Source: Catajapyx aquilonaris (Eukaryota). From it: 64,000 nucleotides of DNA. The stretch is taken from positions 1 to 64,000 of the forward strand of contig JYFJ02001042.1 of assembly GCA_000934665.2 (NCBI GenBank), written 5' to 3'. Below the pieces are notes generated by a model, which searched no databases, was not told where the DNA came from, and worked only from the letters and a program-made list of their open reading frames with translations. Below, piece after piece: positions 1 to 13,000 of this stretch. Position 1 is the first letter of the stretch. Each line of letters starts with the position of its first letter. The position numbers and the translations under genes were made by a program.

Positions 1-437
1 GAAGGACATGGTTTCCAGGGCAACTGAACAGCATTATTAGAACACAGGGGGCCAACTTCCAAAGTTCTTTTCGCCTCCTGTGGCCAAGGATGACCTCGGC
101 GGTGAATTACAATGTGCCTATGTTATTCCCGGTAAAAAACTACCCCTGGTGATACCCATGGGGCATATGTGGAGGCCTCCGTATCGATCTGTTTAGGTGA
201 CAGACAGAGAGACAGACAGACAGATATAGGTCTGGAAATATGTATTAGATAAGAATATGTTGTATAATTGTAACATTTGTTATAATAGAATTTATATTCT
301 AATGAGGTATATGGAAGAGATGTTGGGGCCACAAGGTGTTATTAAAACATGATCCATTTTCTAATTAATTTTTGTGACATGGACACGCAGGTGAATTTCG
401 TACTAGGTGAACTTCACTGGCGTTGGGGCTGATTATA

Positions 438-693
438 CAAGGTTCCAAATTAGTTGGTCGTTTTTAGATAACTGATAATGCGCGATAGAAATTTTTTGTA
501 CGCTTGTACCCCTAACCAGGTTTCCCATTCTATACCAACTGCTATATTATATTTTGACTGCTATATTTGGGAGTAGAATATAGCAGTTGATATAGAATGT
601 GGGGAATCTGGTTAGGGGCACAACAAGCTACAAAAAATTATTATCGCGCAATAGCAGTTATTTAAAAACTACCCACGAATTTGGAACATCCTG
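438..693. mobile_element. Fold-back MITE, Tc1/mariner-type (TA-flanked, ~120-bp imperfect inverted arms)
   Basis: The left arm TA-CAAGGTTCCAAATTAGTTGGTCGTTTTTAGATAACTG...CAACTGCTATATT matches the reverse complement of the right arm (TA-CAGGATGTTCCAAATTCGTGGGTAGTTTTTAAATAACTG...CAACTGCTATATT). TA occurs at 436-437 and 694-695, and the spacer is short with no ORF. Confidence 0.85.
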
Positions 694-1900
694 TATTGCG
701 AAGAGACAGAATAACCACTCAAGACACTTGAGTGATAAATAAGCAGATTAGTTGCAAGAAAAGTTCCATTGAAGGGAAGACTTGACTGAAAGACTAATGC
801 ACACAGTACATGCATTTTCATCGCGAAATCAATTAAGCCTCGGAGTAAAACATAACCATCAGTGTCACAATGCCTTGGTCCCCATTGTCATTGCTCGTTA
901 ACTTGCGAAGTAACCATTTCCTCACAGGTTTAATGAATGAAGTACAGTATGATTCGCAATGAATACACAAGTTCGTAACACTCACCACCACATTTTGTTA
1001 TAGAAGGCTGCCATTTAACTACATGCAAAATGCTAGGCTACTCATTGTTTCCATCAGTCAGATTTTATCGTTTTCAAGCCATTTTATTTTTACAAATGCC
1101 ATATTTCAGGGGTGGTATACACCAGTGAACTTTGACTACCATTGGGCAAATGTAGTGGGGAGTGGCCTGGAAGGAAGATGTAAATTCTTGCCTGAGATGC
1201 CAAGTGTCATTTCTAAATGTAATTTAAATCCTGCACTGACGCTCCATTCACTTTCATGTGTGTAACAATGTAATTGACGCAGTAAGCTGTGTGCCACAAA
1301 TCTCCATTAGGAAAAGACACATTAATAATATTGTAACCAATCACGGTCCAATATAACTATGAATATTAATTTATTCAAAAATGGAAGTGAAGGGTATTGA
1401 AGCTATTAGATATTTCACTTTCTGATTGGACGAATTGAAATGCTGGATAATGGGCTATGGTAGAATAATGTGGAAGAGAAGTCATGACATGTAGTACAAT
1501 GCACTGTCTAAATCTTCAGTACAACAGTGAAGTTCATATTTACTGTTCGTAACTCGCTTCAGAGAATTGAATGGAATAAGGCGAATCGCATGCACACTTG
1601 TGCTAGTAATTTTAATTTACATGTAATCGCCACTAGCTGTTTGCTCTATCAAGTGTCCAGGCTCATGTACGGTCATTGGCTTGATGGTGCTTTGGGACTT
1701 TTCTAATAGTATTATTGCTTTTATATTGTCATATATGTCGATCAATTGACTGACCACCCCTTATTGCTGCTTCTGTTTTTGATATACTACTATTAGGAAA
1801 TGATTTTTATGGGCGAGGGCAGCAGTAATTTAAGAGATTGTTGTGTATAGTCTAATCAATGTTGAATCAATATGCATTTGTTTATGCATGCTGCATTATC

Positions 1901-2273
1901 CTGAAGTGCCAAAAGTCATGGGATAGGCTCCTATAGCTCGAAGTGCAGCAATTCTACGTGGCATTGATTCGATATGATTGTGGAGGGAAGACCTGGAGAG
2001 ATGTTGAGCCCATGCCATCTGGATAGCCACCCACAGCTCCCTGGATTACTGAAGGTGTACAGGATCTTCAGTGAAAGAGGACTTCTGCGCCACGTCCCAT
2101 ATATTTGCTGGATTGGATTCAGCCTGGCTCCTTGAACCAATTATGGACTGGGGCATTATCCCGCTGGAATTTTCCATCGTCACAAAGCAATGCCATGAGC
2201 TGTGACGACAACATCTGGGCATACGTGACTTGTAAAGTTTCATGTTGCTATGGCATGACTTTTGGCACTTCAG
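1901..2273 (-). mobile_element. Internally deleted Tc1-family DNA transposon with decayed transposase C-terminal fragment
   Basis: There is a perfect 20-bp inverted repeat, CTGAAGTGCCAAAAGTCATG (1901-1920 / 2254-2273). The minus strand translates, with frameshifts, to FQRDNAPVHNWFKE...LNPIQQ/IWDV...ELWVAIQMAW...IESMPRRIAALRAIG, matching Tc1 DDE motifs (FQQDNAPxH, DLNPIExxW, SMPxR). Confidence 0.85.
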
Positions 2274-3578
2274 CATGGGTCTTGCATAATGCTAACTGTT
2301 TCCCATGATTTGATTTTCATTCTTCCATCTCTGTTGCTTTCAGATTTCTTTCTCCCAGAGGAAGAGCAGCAGTGATTTCCAGGACCGTTGTTACCAGAGG
2401 ATGATGCCCATAACGAGATGTTGCTGTAGGTCAGTATCAATAAGATCAAGGTCTCAATGCAGTTGTGTGGATTTGAGTGTTGGCTCCTGTGCAATGTTGA
2501 GAGAATTACCTGACAGCAATAAAATGACTCTTCTGAATGTATCTGCTTTCTATTGGGAAATGAGGGGAAACCTTTTGTGCTGCGCTCCAAGTCTTTGCAG
2601 GCGGAATTGCTCATTGCCCTTACAGCATTTCCACTTGCTACAGATGTCTTCAACTGATCATTATCAGCTGAAAACGGACGAGATCATGTCAATTAAGAGT
2701 TTTTTTGGTGTAGGCCTATGTGGCTGGGAAATATCAATGTCAGGGTGCTAAAATTTGCTTAATTTGTGCGCAGGAAGCAATTTCAATTTTAATGTAATTG
2801 CATTGACCCGTTTATGTTTGTGAATTAAAAACTTAATTTTTTGTTCTCTTTTCAGGTCAAAGTAATTGGTGCCATCCTGGAAGCCAGTCCTGACTGAAAT
2901 GATCAGCATGGATCAGCATCATTTATCTTGTATCCCTGTTTTGCTTTCCTCTTTCCAGTAGTTGCAGTCCAGATGGTTCCAGTCATCAGCATCCTTTTCA
3001 CCCCCTACAAATCTTCCCCTTTTTGTCATCATGTGTTAATACGTCTTGGCACATGATATTGAAGAGAGGATGATTGATCTCCTGCATTTAGGCTTCCCCC
3101 CTTCGACGTCGAAGGGGGGAAAACTTGCAGGCTGAAAAATCGTAGTTTTAGTCGACGAAAAAAGGCCGGGGTCGTCCGGGCGTAATGTCGGGCGGCCCCG
3201 GCCGCCCCTGCATTCGCAAAGTCCGCTGGCGCGGAGCCTAGCTTCAAGCCCCTCCCTTTTTTTTCCTGTAAACTTTTTTCAGTCCCTCGACAGTCTCATT
3301 CGTTCACTCCAGTGCCACGGCCCCTCCCCCCTCCGCCTGCTGTTGGTCGGGGTGAGGAGGCTTCGATGGATGGGACTGCATGTAAGTTACGTTGCCATCT
3401 GCTTCCCTATCCTTCCAGGGCAAGCCCTGGGAGGGTAGGGGAAGGAAAGGGCAACGTAACTTACATGCACCACATCCATCGAAGCCTCCTCTCCCTCGCC
3501 ATCATCAGGCGGAGGGAGAAGAGACAACGACGCACTGTTTCTTTATTTCTTACAGCCAATATACACTGTACAAAAATG

Positions 3579-3752
3579 GCAATAAAGAAGTCCACAATAA
3601 TAGTTGTTTTGACTGCTGCTCTTTTCCAGGATGTTCAAAATAGCAGTTATGGCTTCAAGCTGCTTGATCATTTCCAGGCTGCAATCAAGATGTCCACAAT
3701 AGTTGCTCTTGTGACTGCTGCTCCAACTTTCCAGGATGTACAAAACCGTTAT
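3579..3752 (+). repeat. Short diverged direct duplication (~70-bp unit, two copies)
   Basis: GCAATAAAGAAGTCCACAATAATAGTTGTTTTGACTGCTGCTCTTTTCCAGGATGTTCAAAA (~3579-3640) versus GCAATCAAGATGTCCACAATAGTTGCTCTTGTGACTGCTGCTCCAACTTTCCAGGATGTACAAAA (~3681-3745). Confidence 0.75.
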
Positions 3753-3900
3753 GCTGCCCATCAATCTAAAAAGTAAGGATAAAAATTTTGGAATGCAGAA
3801 GAAAACTTCAATGTTCATTCTCACAATGAATTTTACTGGAAATATGGGAAGGCTACATGTAACTTCACCATAATGCTATGGACCCATTGTCTCAAAAATG

Positions 3901-6900
3901 TTTAATGGCATTAGCCGACTACAAATTCCTTCAAGTTAATTATATTTGCATCCTGAAAACAACCTTCGCATAAATGACTGGAATAATTTCTGCAAGATGC
4001 TGATAGGTCATGTCTGGAACTACTGTACTTGAAATCGTGCAATGTTATTATCATCACTTGACACAATCCATTTCAACATAATAATCACTTCTGCAAATGA
4101 GTCAAAGAACCTTTGACTTAATTGGCGGATTTAATTCAGATGTGAATTAAACCGTCAAAAAGGCATAGGGAATAAAAAGCAATTGATCCAATATGACTTA
4201 TTCTATTGAATTAATTTGCGAATCTCTCTCCCCTACATTTTCGACTTGTTTTGGCCCAAGGAGTGCGCTGACTGCTGTTGGCCATACTAGTAAGAAACAC
4301 CCTGTATATAAATTTGATTTCTTGCAAATTGACATTTTGATGCCAAAATGGCACTAATTATGTGACAGTAGCTCCAGTACTGTCTTATCATCACCAATTC
4401 TTAAAATCTCCCCAGAATAATGTATTCAGCCTGAGAATACAGTAGTAGTACAGGCCTACTGACATCACACTACTAGAAAACAATTAATACAACTGGCAAC
4501 ATCAGTGCAACTATCAATTAATAAGGACAAGCTTTCAAAATTAACTGGTAAAATATTTGTCGCATAATAATTGCTGGAAAATAACATCATTTTGGAAAAA
4601 AGTGTCATAACTTTTAAAGAATGTACTTTACTTCCAAGCCAGAGAGAACAATATAATATTGCATCAGAAAAATTCAGTAGTAAAAAAACGTTTATCCTTG
4701 ATTATATGAAAAATAATACTGAAATTAGGAGTCTCTCCCAAGGTCTCTCCTTAACCTTCGACTGAAAATGTCTCTGAACTGTTTCTAACGGTACTGGGAG
4801 TCGACAATGCTCAACTCTTTTTGTGCAGAAGAGAAATGGTTTACAAGCCTGTACTGTCGACAGTTGTGGGCAGTGATAGACACCATTCATGTCAATATGG
4901 AATTAATTTTCAAATTAACGATGAAGTGTATGGAATGGAAATTAAGGCAATTAGGAAGATTGGGAGGACATATTGACGGAAAACAAATAGGCCTGGAGAA
5001 TATGGTAAGTGAATACAAAATAATTAATCCATTTTAAAATGAGTGATGCCAATCTCTGATTAGGGAATTTCGGAATTACTTTGATCACTACTTCTACTAA
5101 AACTCTAAAAGCTACTGTTCTCACTGACCAAGCACTAGCTTCCAATATCAGCTGGCTTCCAGCTTCATTGCCTAATTGCTCCAGCACTTCCAACACATGA
5201 GGTGTACAAGATAGTGTAATGCTTACCATGTCCATATATGTCTGGTGTGCCAGGATAGTAGATGGTAACAGACGATTTGAGGCATCTGGTGATGACAGCA
5301 GCTCACATCGCTTGATTCCAGAAGTGGATTTGGATGAGGCCAAAGCAGTTGTTGGTGTGGCAGAATCAGGCAGGTGGTGTCCAGAAACCAATAATGCATC
5401 ATCATTCTGCAAGGTGTAATGAGTATAGCGTATAGGTCACATGACTCCCATGAAGTGTGCTCATTGCATGTTTGTGGCACTTACTGTATATGCTTTGCCT
5501 TTTGAACAGTTACATGTACTAGTGGTTATCAAAGAATTAGCTACTAATTATTATAGGTTGCATTGCCTCACAATCCAGTGTTTTGTCGTGGAATTATTTT
5601 TTAATGAGATTAGCAGACTCTAAATTCCACCAAGATATGTTTGATGCCTGCAAATAACCTTCACATAAATGAGACTGGATGAACTTATGCAAGATCAGCA
5701 ATTGTGGTCAGTGAATAGGCCACGTCTTGAACTGCTGTACTTCAAAACCTGCAACGTTATCATCACTTGGCATATTCAAGGTACCAGTTATTGCCACACA
5801 CACACAATTTCAACATAACCAGTTCAGCAGATATGTCAAAGAACCTTTCCTTTGACTTAATTGGTGATTAATAATTAATAACTCTGGTGAACTGAAAAGA
5901 ATGACACAATAAGACAAATAGGAAGTTAATGGTGAATGAAAACCAATGGATCCAGTTACGACTTGTATTGAATTAAATTTCCAATTAGGCCCAATGGGCT
6001 AGCTAAGAGTGCTCAAGAACTGAAAAGACATTGAATGTGTGTCAGCCAAGTATCTTCATTTATATAATTATTACTTTTATTGCCTTCAACACACTGCACA
6101 TTATATTGACACTATTCACATCTGTGAATAATAATACAAATTTCTGCTGTAGTTATGACTTGGCATACATTAACTGGGATCATTCAAGCTCAGTTACACA
6201 AGCACTTTATGTAGTGGCATTGCAGAATAGAAATGTGATAGTTTGCAAAAAAAAAAATCTTTACACATGGGCTCAATGAACTGATAGTTGTATCCATTTT
6301 TTCATTAAATCTCCCCTGTATTCAGCCTTAGAATAGTACTGACATCACACTAGGCAACTATATGACTGGGAACTTTATAATCAGAAGCGTAACTAACAAT
6401 TCAATGATCATGAGGTCAATATGCTCTTCTAAAGACTCAAATCACAAACTTGGAAAATAAACTTGACAAAGTTTGTTGCATAACGATTTCTGAAAAGTAA
6501 CATTTGTTTGGCACAGACTGTCGTAATAACTCTCAAAGAATGTACTTTCCTTCCCAGCCATAATTGGAACAGAAAAAAAATTAGCATATATCATGAGACA
6601 TTTTTCCATGATTGTACTGCCCAACATTGCTAACAAGGTGCAAGTGTAATGCTTACCATGTCCATGTTGTCTGCCAGGATGGCAACAAAGATTTGTGGCA
6701 TCTGATGATTGACATCACCTCACATCCCGCTCACATCACTTGATTCCACAAGTTGATTTGGATGAGGCCAAAGTCGTTGCTGGTTTGGCAGTATCAGGCA
6801 GGTGATGTCCAGAGACCAATCAGCTGCATCATCTTAAAAAATGCAATGACTAATGAGTATAGGTCACCTGAGAGTAATATTTCAAGGGAGCTCATTGAAT

Positions 6901-7000
6901 CTTTGTGGTACTTGTATGCAGTGACTTTTGCATATTTTTAGTGGCTATCAAAAGCATTTGCTACTACAACAGTACTTCAAGGTTGCCTGTACTCATCCTT
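3901..7000. repeat. Old diverged tandem segmental duplication (copy A ~3901-5598, copy B ~5599-7000)
   Basis: Collinear homologous blocks: 3950-4130 with 5645-5870, 4404-4470 with 6308-6350, 5215-5445 with 6644-6870, and 5520-5570 with 6939-6995. Copy A carries roughly 500 extra bp (~4690-5200). Confidence 0.8.
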
Positions 7001-10000
7001 TTAAAAGGCTGTAAATGTGAATTACATCATTCAAGGTTGATGCCAATTTTTGCACTTAGTCATTTTGTAATCAGTAATTAATTGCTTTGAAATTTAGAGC
7101 ATGGATATGTGATTCAATTTGTCCTAATACAGTATTGGCGCAGCTAATACTTTTGATAATAACTAGTAAGAGTTATTCTACAAATGTAACTGGCTAACAA
7201 TAAGCAGATTAGTGCAATACAGTTGCAACAGCAATTGGAAAAATATTTATGTGAAAAAATGAGACTCAGATTTTGAATGGACTATATATGTCCCCTGAGT
7301 GGTAGAAATATGATATTGAAAGAGGAGAATTTATTGCCATTTTTTGCATTTGAAATGACCACAGAATGCTCTAGAAACCTGCTTAAATTTTTTGCTTCAA
7401 CTTTTATGATAACAATAAACGATAACCAAATAATATGAGCAGCACATTGTTCATTAAAACTAATATTTAATCAAAGTCATGCTGGTTGCACATGTGGCAA
7501 TACCGCAAATGATTTTATTACAACAATGGGTAAATCATGCATGTGCACATAATAATATTATTAAAATTATTGTCACCAAACAACATGTGGCAAAAAAAAA
7601 TGGCCACCAGCAACACACCATTGTCATTTACTAGTTGAATTGAAATTATGGACGCCATTTTAAATTGGAAAAATTTGAAAGCTCTCAACTCTGAAACCAT
7701 GATTATCATTACTTTACAGATGAGATAGCCTACATTATTAGGCATATTTAAAAACTTTCCATATTTTTCATTATTTGTAACAATTACATGCGAGTCTTAT
7801 GGGGCTGAATGGTTTTGCGATGCCCAATATGACACCATTGCAACTTAAGAGAATTAAGAACATCATAATTAGGAATACTTACTCGAATTTTAAAATTTCT
7901 GCAATAATCCAATCCTGCTCAACCGACGTCATTTTCTTGCCCAATCACCAAGGTGCAGTTGACACGTCTCTCCAAAAAGACAGGAAAGGTCACATCTCTC
8001 TGAAACTATATGTATCCATTAATCAGTGGCCAAAATAGATAAGTGCAATAATGATACCCTTGTGCTAACAACAGTTTAGCCACACAGCAACAAACCTTCC
8101 TGTTAAGACGCAAGAATCCGCAAGAATTGCACATCCACTCGCTCCAACTGTTGACTGCCTACTGCTGGTCAAGGTCGTGTTGGATAAGTGATTCTAAAGG
8201 GCCAGTTAAAAGGACACATCGGAAGGGCAGGAAAATGTACGTCACACTATCCTGGAAAAATATATATTCCTGCCTGGCCAGGACGGTTACTGCAGTTAGA
8301 TGTCATGCAACGTGGCTGCAACATACTACGTACTGTACATTGGATAAAATTTATGGAAATATGGAAAAACACGAACTAGGCGCGGCCATACCATACTCGA
8401 CATTATTGCATTAAAATTGCAGACATTTGGCCATAGAAATGTGTCCGATTTTCACGCGATTTCTGCGGCCATGTTATTCAAATGGACTTTTCGAAAGCGT
8501 CGTTTTCCACTCACTTCAAGTCGTCCTAAATGTCACTTTTAGGTCGAAAATGGGGGAAAAGAAGAACTAGGGCCCCTGCGCCAGATCATCTACATGTAGC
8601 TACTATTTTTTGATGCAATTAATGTGTCGATTGAACCATTTTTGCGGGCGTACGGCCATAGAAATGGAGAAATGTCGAATCCCCTATGCTGTCCATGCAT
8701 AAACGACTTTGTTGGGGTCGTCGCCAGCAAAGGGCTCCGCATTTATTTTTACCCCCCAAAAATACGTTTGTTATGCCGAGGTCTGTTATAGCCAAATCTC
8801 CACTTTTTCACTGAAATAATTTCAAGTTTTCTGTTTTCCATATGCTGATAAAATGCACACTACTGCATACTGATTAATGGAACTATACACAAAAATGCAA
8901 AATGAGCTCACCTGTAAATTACGCAGGACGAAAAAAAAAATACCGGTAATTTTCTTCTGCCGTCTTGTGTCAAATATTGTATAATATTTGGTCTGCAAGA
9001 AACGTGTTACACAATGTGTGGGAAATATCTGTGAAATTACTACATGGTTATTTTATAAACTTTTGATTTTATTAATTCCTTTGTCAACATTATTAGTAAT
9101 TTACTTCTTTTTAAACAAGGAGTACCATGTAACATCTCGCCAGTCATTTTTATCTATGCCAAACATTGGTATAGGTACAGTGGATGCTGTGCTGGAAAAA
9201 TAAAATTATGTGGTAGGATCCATAGAGTTCATGAGGAGGAGGAGGAGTTGAACAACAATAGAATTGTAATACAAACAGGTCAAATGCAATAAAGAGAGAG
9301 GACTTGGCTCATCCCTGCAACAGAGGAAGTGAATAGTAGCAGCTTAAAACATTCAACTTACAAGGCAAACATTAAGCCCTACTAGCCACTGAAACAGTCA
9401 GCAACAAAGCAATATACCAATAGTATTGGAAACTGTTACTTCTGCTTTGCTTCTCACTTTGGCAAAGTGTTAATAATACGCCACGGCAAGGGGGGAGGCA
9501 CTACAATGAACACCAGTCCGAATGTGTCTTGGAAGAGAGAAGACTCAGAAGAGCACCATGAGACAGCAGAAAAAGTAGAGTTTATATGCTATCATTGTTT
9601 ACAACATTTCCAACAAAGCTTCTCTCTTTGACACAGCTATTTTTGCATAGGATGTGCAGTTTGCTTTCCTTTGCTACTCCCTAAATGAGTGATTAACGAC
9701 ATGAGAGACCACGCAATGTAAGCTAAACATTCCTCGATTAGAAAGCACATTAGTTATTATAAATACACGGAAAAGTCAAACCACAAGTTAAAACAAATCC
9801 AAGCCATGAGGTATTCACCCATTATTGGCACAATACAGATAACTGTTAAAATATCTGCAAATAAAATCAAACAAAATGAAAACAAAATAGGGTTACTTTT
9901 TTTTTACTTGCTCTTAAAAATGCCCTCTCTTATCCGAGTAAAGCTGTGCAGAACACTAACTTGGCTTTTGATCTGAAAAGACCCCCGTCGTCCCGTATAA

Positions 10001-10070
10001 CTACTCTCCCTTATAAGTAATTGAAATCCAGGGTTCTTCCAGGTTCGTCAGAGTCCACTATAAAAATAAT

Positions 10071-13000
10071 TTAATACTGGTACCAGGGTTGCTTCCGGAC
10101 CCAGCGGAGACGGATCCCAGCGTCCGTGCGGATCTTGATGGAAGCTGCTTCGGCTGCACGAACAGTTTCCTTCACCGATTGCATCAGGTTCTGAGCATTG
10201 CCCACCAACATGTCTGTGGCCTCCTGGTCTTCCTCGGTGCCTGCACACGAAGTTGTTACAATAGATTAAACATCACTCCACATGCAGACATTTATGTCAT
10301 AATTTTTTGTGTGGCTTTGAGGCTGTTACAAGTTGGAACAATTGCATCATTTTATAAAAATGATAGCACATTAACATTTATGCAAAGCACATAATGTGTG
10401 GTGATGAATTCAGCATAGTGCTGCCAGCTCGATTTCCAAGCCTCCAAACCATAATATTTAAAAATGTGCTCAAGTGCATTTAACTACTAATATCTACAAG
10501 CTACCAGAATGGTGAGATAATAATCTGGCCACACTTGATGTTCAAAGAGTCTCCTTTAGTTGACGTCGGTAGCTAAAAGACTACCATGCTGGATGACATG
10601 AGACAGGAGTACAGAAGAAGAGCTAGGACAAATAACCACAACGATATAAACTGCAACTCCATCATGCCTGTACCAACGACTACTACTTACGAGTGCAAGA
10701 TCCTAACAATCCACCTACTGTAGGCAAATGGAAAAAGAGACTCTTTAAAAAATGAACACCCAACAACTCCAAAAAAAATAAGAAAATATGTCACGATTCT
10801 TCCAGTTTCACACTCCATTCCATTTTAAAAATACATTTAAAAATTGGGAAGGGGCATGTTGGAGTAAAGTGGTGTTTTAACTGATTCTTCTGTTGCCGAA
10901 TATTATGCAAGTGTCAACAATGAAAATCCTTCAATACTGCATGCTGTGCCACTACCACTTAGACTGTGAGCTAATAATAATTTTTTGATATAGGTGACCA
11001 AAATGGAGTACTGGTTTTATAACTTCAGTTAATGTTCCTAGATTTCTCATTTAAGGTTGGGATGGTTGCAGGGAAAAATTTTCACTCTCGTTTATTTGGA
11101 GAAGTCAAACTGTTCGCTTCTGGGTTATCCTGCCAATAAGTGGAATTTTTCACTTCCATCATGTAACATAAGCTCTGCTGGATTGCCGGGCATTTAATTA
11201 TATTCAAAAGTACATGTGCCCACACTACCTAGTTTAGCAAAATCATTAAACCAGCCAGTTTCTGATGTTAATTTTGACACACTCTTAAATAATTGTTTCC
11301 CAGTTCAAGTTTGATAGTGTCAGCATCAGTATTAAGAATTGTCATTGTGTGGAGGAAAGGGTGTTTTGGGAGCCAAAGAAACCAGTCATGCACAGGCTTC
11401 TCCTGCCATTCATGCCCTTCAACACTTCTTTCGAAACACAACACAGCGACATCGATGCATTCAAAAACTGCCTGCACGACTGCTCTAACTATGATTAAAA
11501 AGGGAAATCTGTAAACGACAAAGGTCATAAATTGGGGGAACAAACTGAAAGAACTTTTTTTTTTTCTGCTGCAACCTGGTTATTAAGACTCAACATGACT
11601 CGTATTTCACTGTAAATTCCAACAAGGGACCAGATTCAAGCATTAAGTCATGCATCATTCAAATCGCCATCCTTCAAATTGTGACAAACTACATTCCCAG
11701 GCTTAAACAAATTCAAAGCTTAGATATAACTTACTTAAAACATTATGGTATTTCCAGTACAATACACCATAACACTATTACAATACCAAAAGTATTACAA
11801 ATTTTTAAATTTTGAAAGTAGCTTGTGATAGCTGTGCTTCATTGTTTTGTGCTGGTGCATACATTTTTAACAACTATATCATTTCTGTATAAAGGTATAA
11901 ATATCTTACATGAGAAGTGGTTCGATTTGAATTTGTCAAGCCTAGGAGCCATCCACAACAAACCAACAACTTTCATGTGATTGGAGAAATGCAAAAACAA
12001 AACATGAACGAAACAACTGTGTTCCAATACACAAGGCCATATATAAAAGGAAAGAATAAAATGCATAAGTATGAGACAGAGCCAAGAGCTTTACCCCCAA
12101 AGATTTCCCCATCAGCTGCGCGAGGGATGATCTCTGTTAAGGAGGAAATAACTGGTTAGAATTTTTTCCCCCAAATATTTGTTGCCTATTATTTTCTGAG
12201 GAATTAAAATTTCACATTTTTGACAAACCCTTCTGAGGCTTAAATTGAAGCCGAACTTACCCTGAGCTCCCAACATCGTTGCTTTGACAGTTGAAAGTAT
12301 TTTGAGCTGCGTGCCAATGGTAGGAATCCTCTCACATACTTGCAGAAGGTTCTGTAAGAAAGTACAGTTACTGGTATTACCAAGGGGCTCATTATACAAT
12401 TTAAGTTTGTTTAAGAAAAGTTGTCCATTATGGCTTCCTCTGCATCATGGTAATATTAAGGCCATCAAGTAGGTTTTTCATTTCTCTCCCTATGCATTAT
12501 TCAATCTCCAGCATCATGTCGTAAAATATTACAACAATTCACTAATTACGTTCCTACATGTATTACAGCAATAGAGGCATACCGTCCTCATTCTCTTGTC
12601 AGTGCACTGCCTGGCGAGCTCCTTCGCCAACCTGGTGACTTCCTCGGAGGCTTCTGCAATGGCTTTGGCACAAGCAATGAGATCCTTCTTGGTGCCCCCT
12701 TCTCCTCTCACCAACTGGGATAACCGTCCCATCAGGATGGCCATCTTCTTTGCGGCTGCAATAATGTCGTTGTCCTTGCTGGACCATTGGCGCACTTCTT
12801 GATGCAGGCCATGGGCAGCCATCTACAACCAGAGTGAACTCCAATTAATTCCGATACTTAAGAGGATGATGTGAAAATTATTTAATGCCGCACCATGATA
12901 GGTTGATTTGGTTGGGGTGCATGCATGAACATGTCATCTTCGTCATCCGTCTCTGGTGGTGGAGGACGAGGTGGAGCCATTTCTCCTGGCAGTGGTGGTC

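Noticed and set aside
10011..10073. Stop-codon readthrough extension of vinculin
   Set aside because: The stop is TAA-A, a non-leaky context, and the downstream frame is short and unremarkable.
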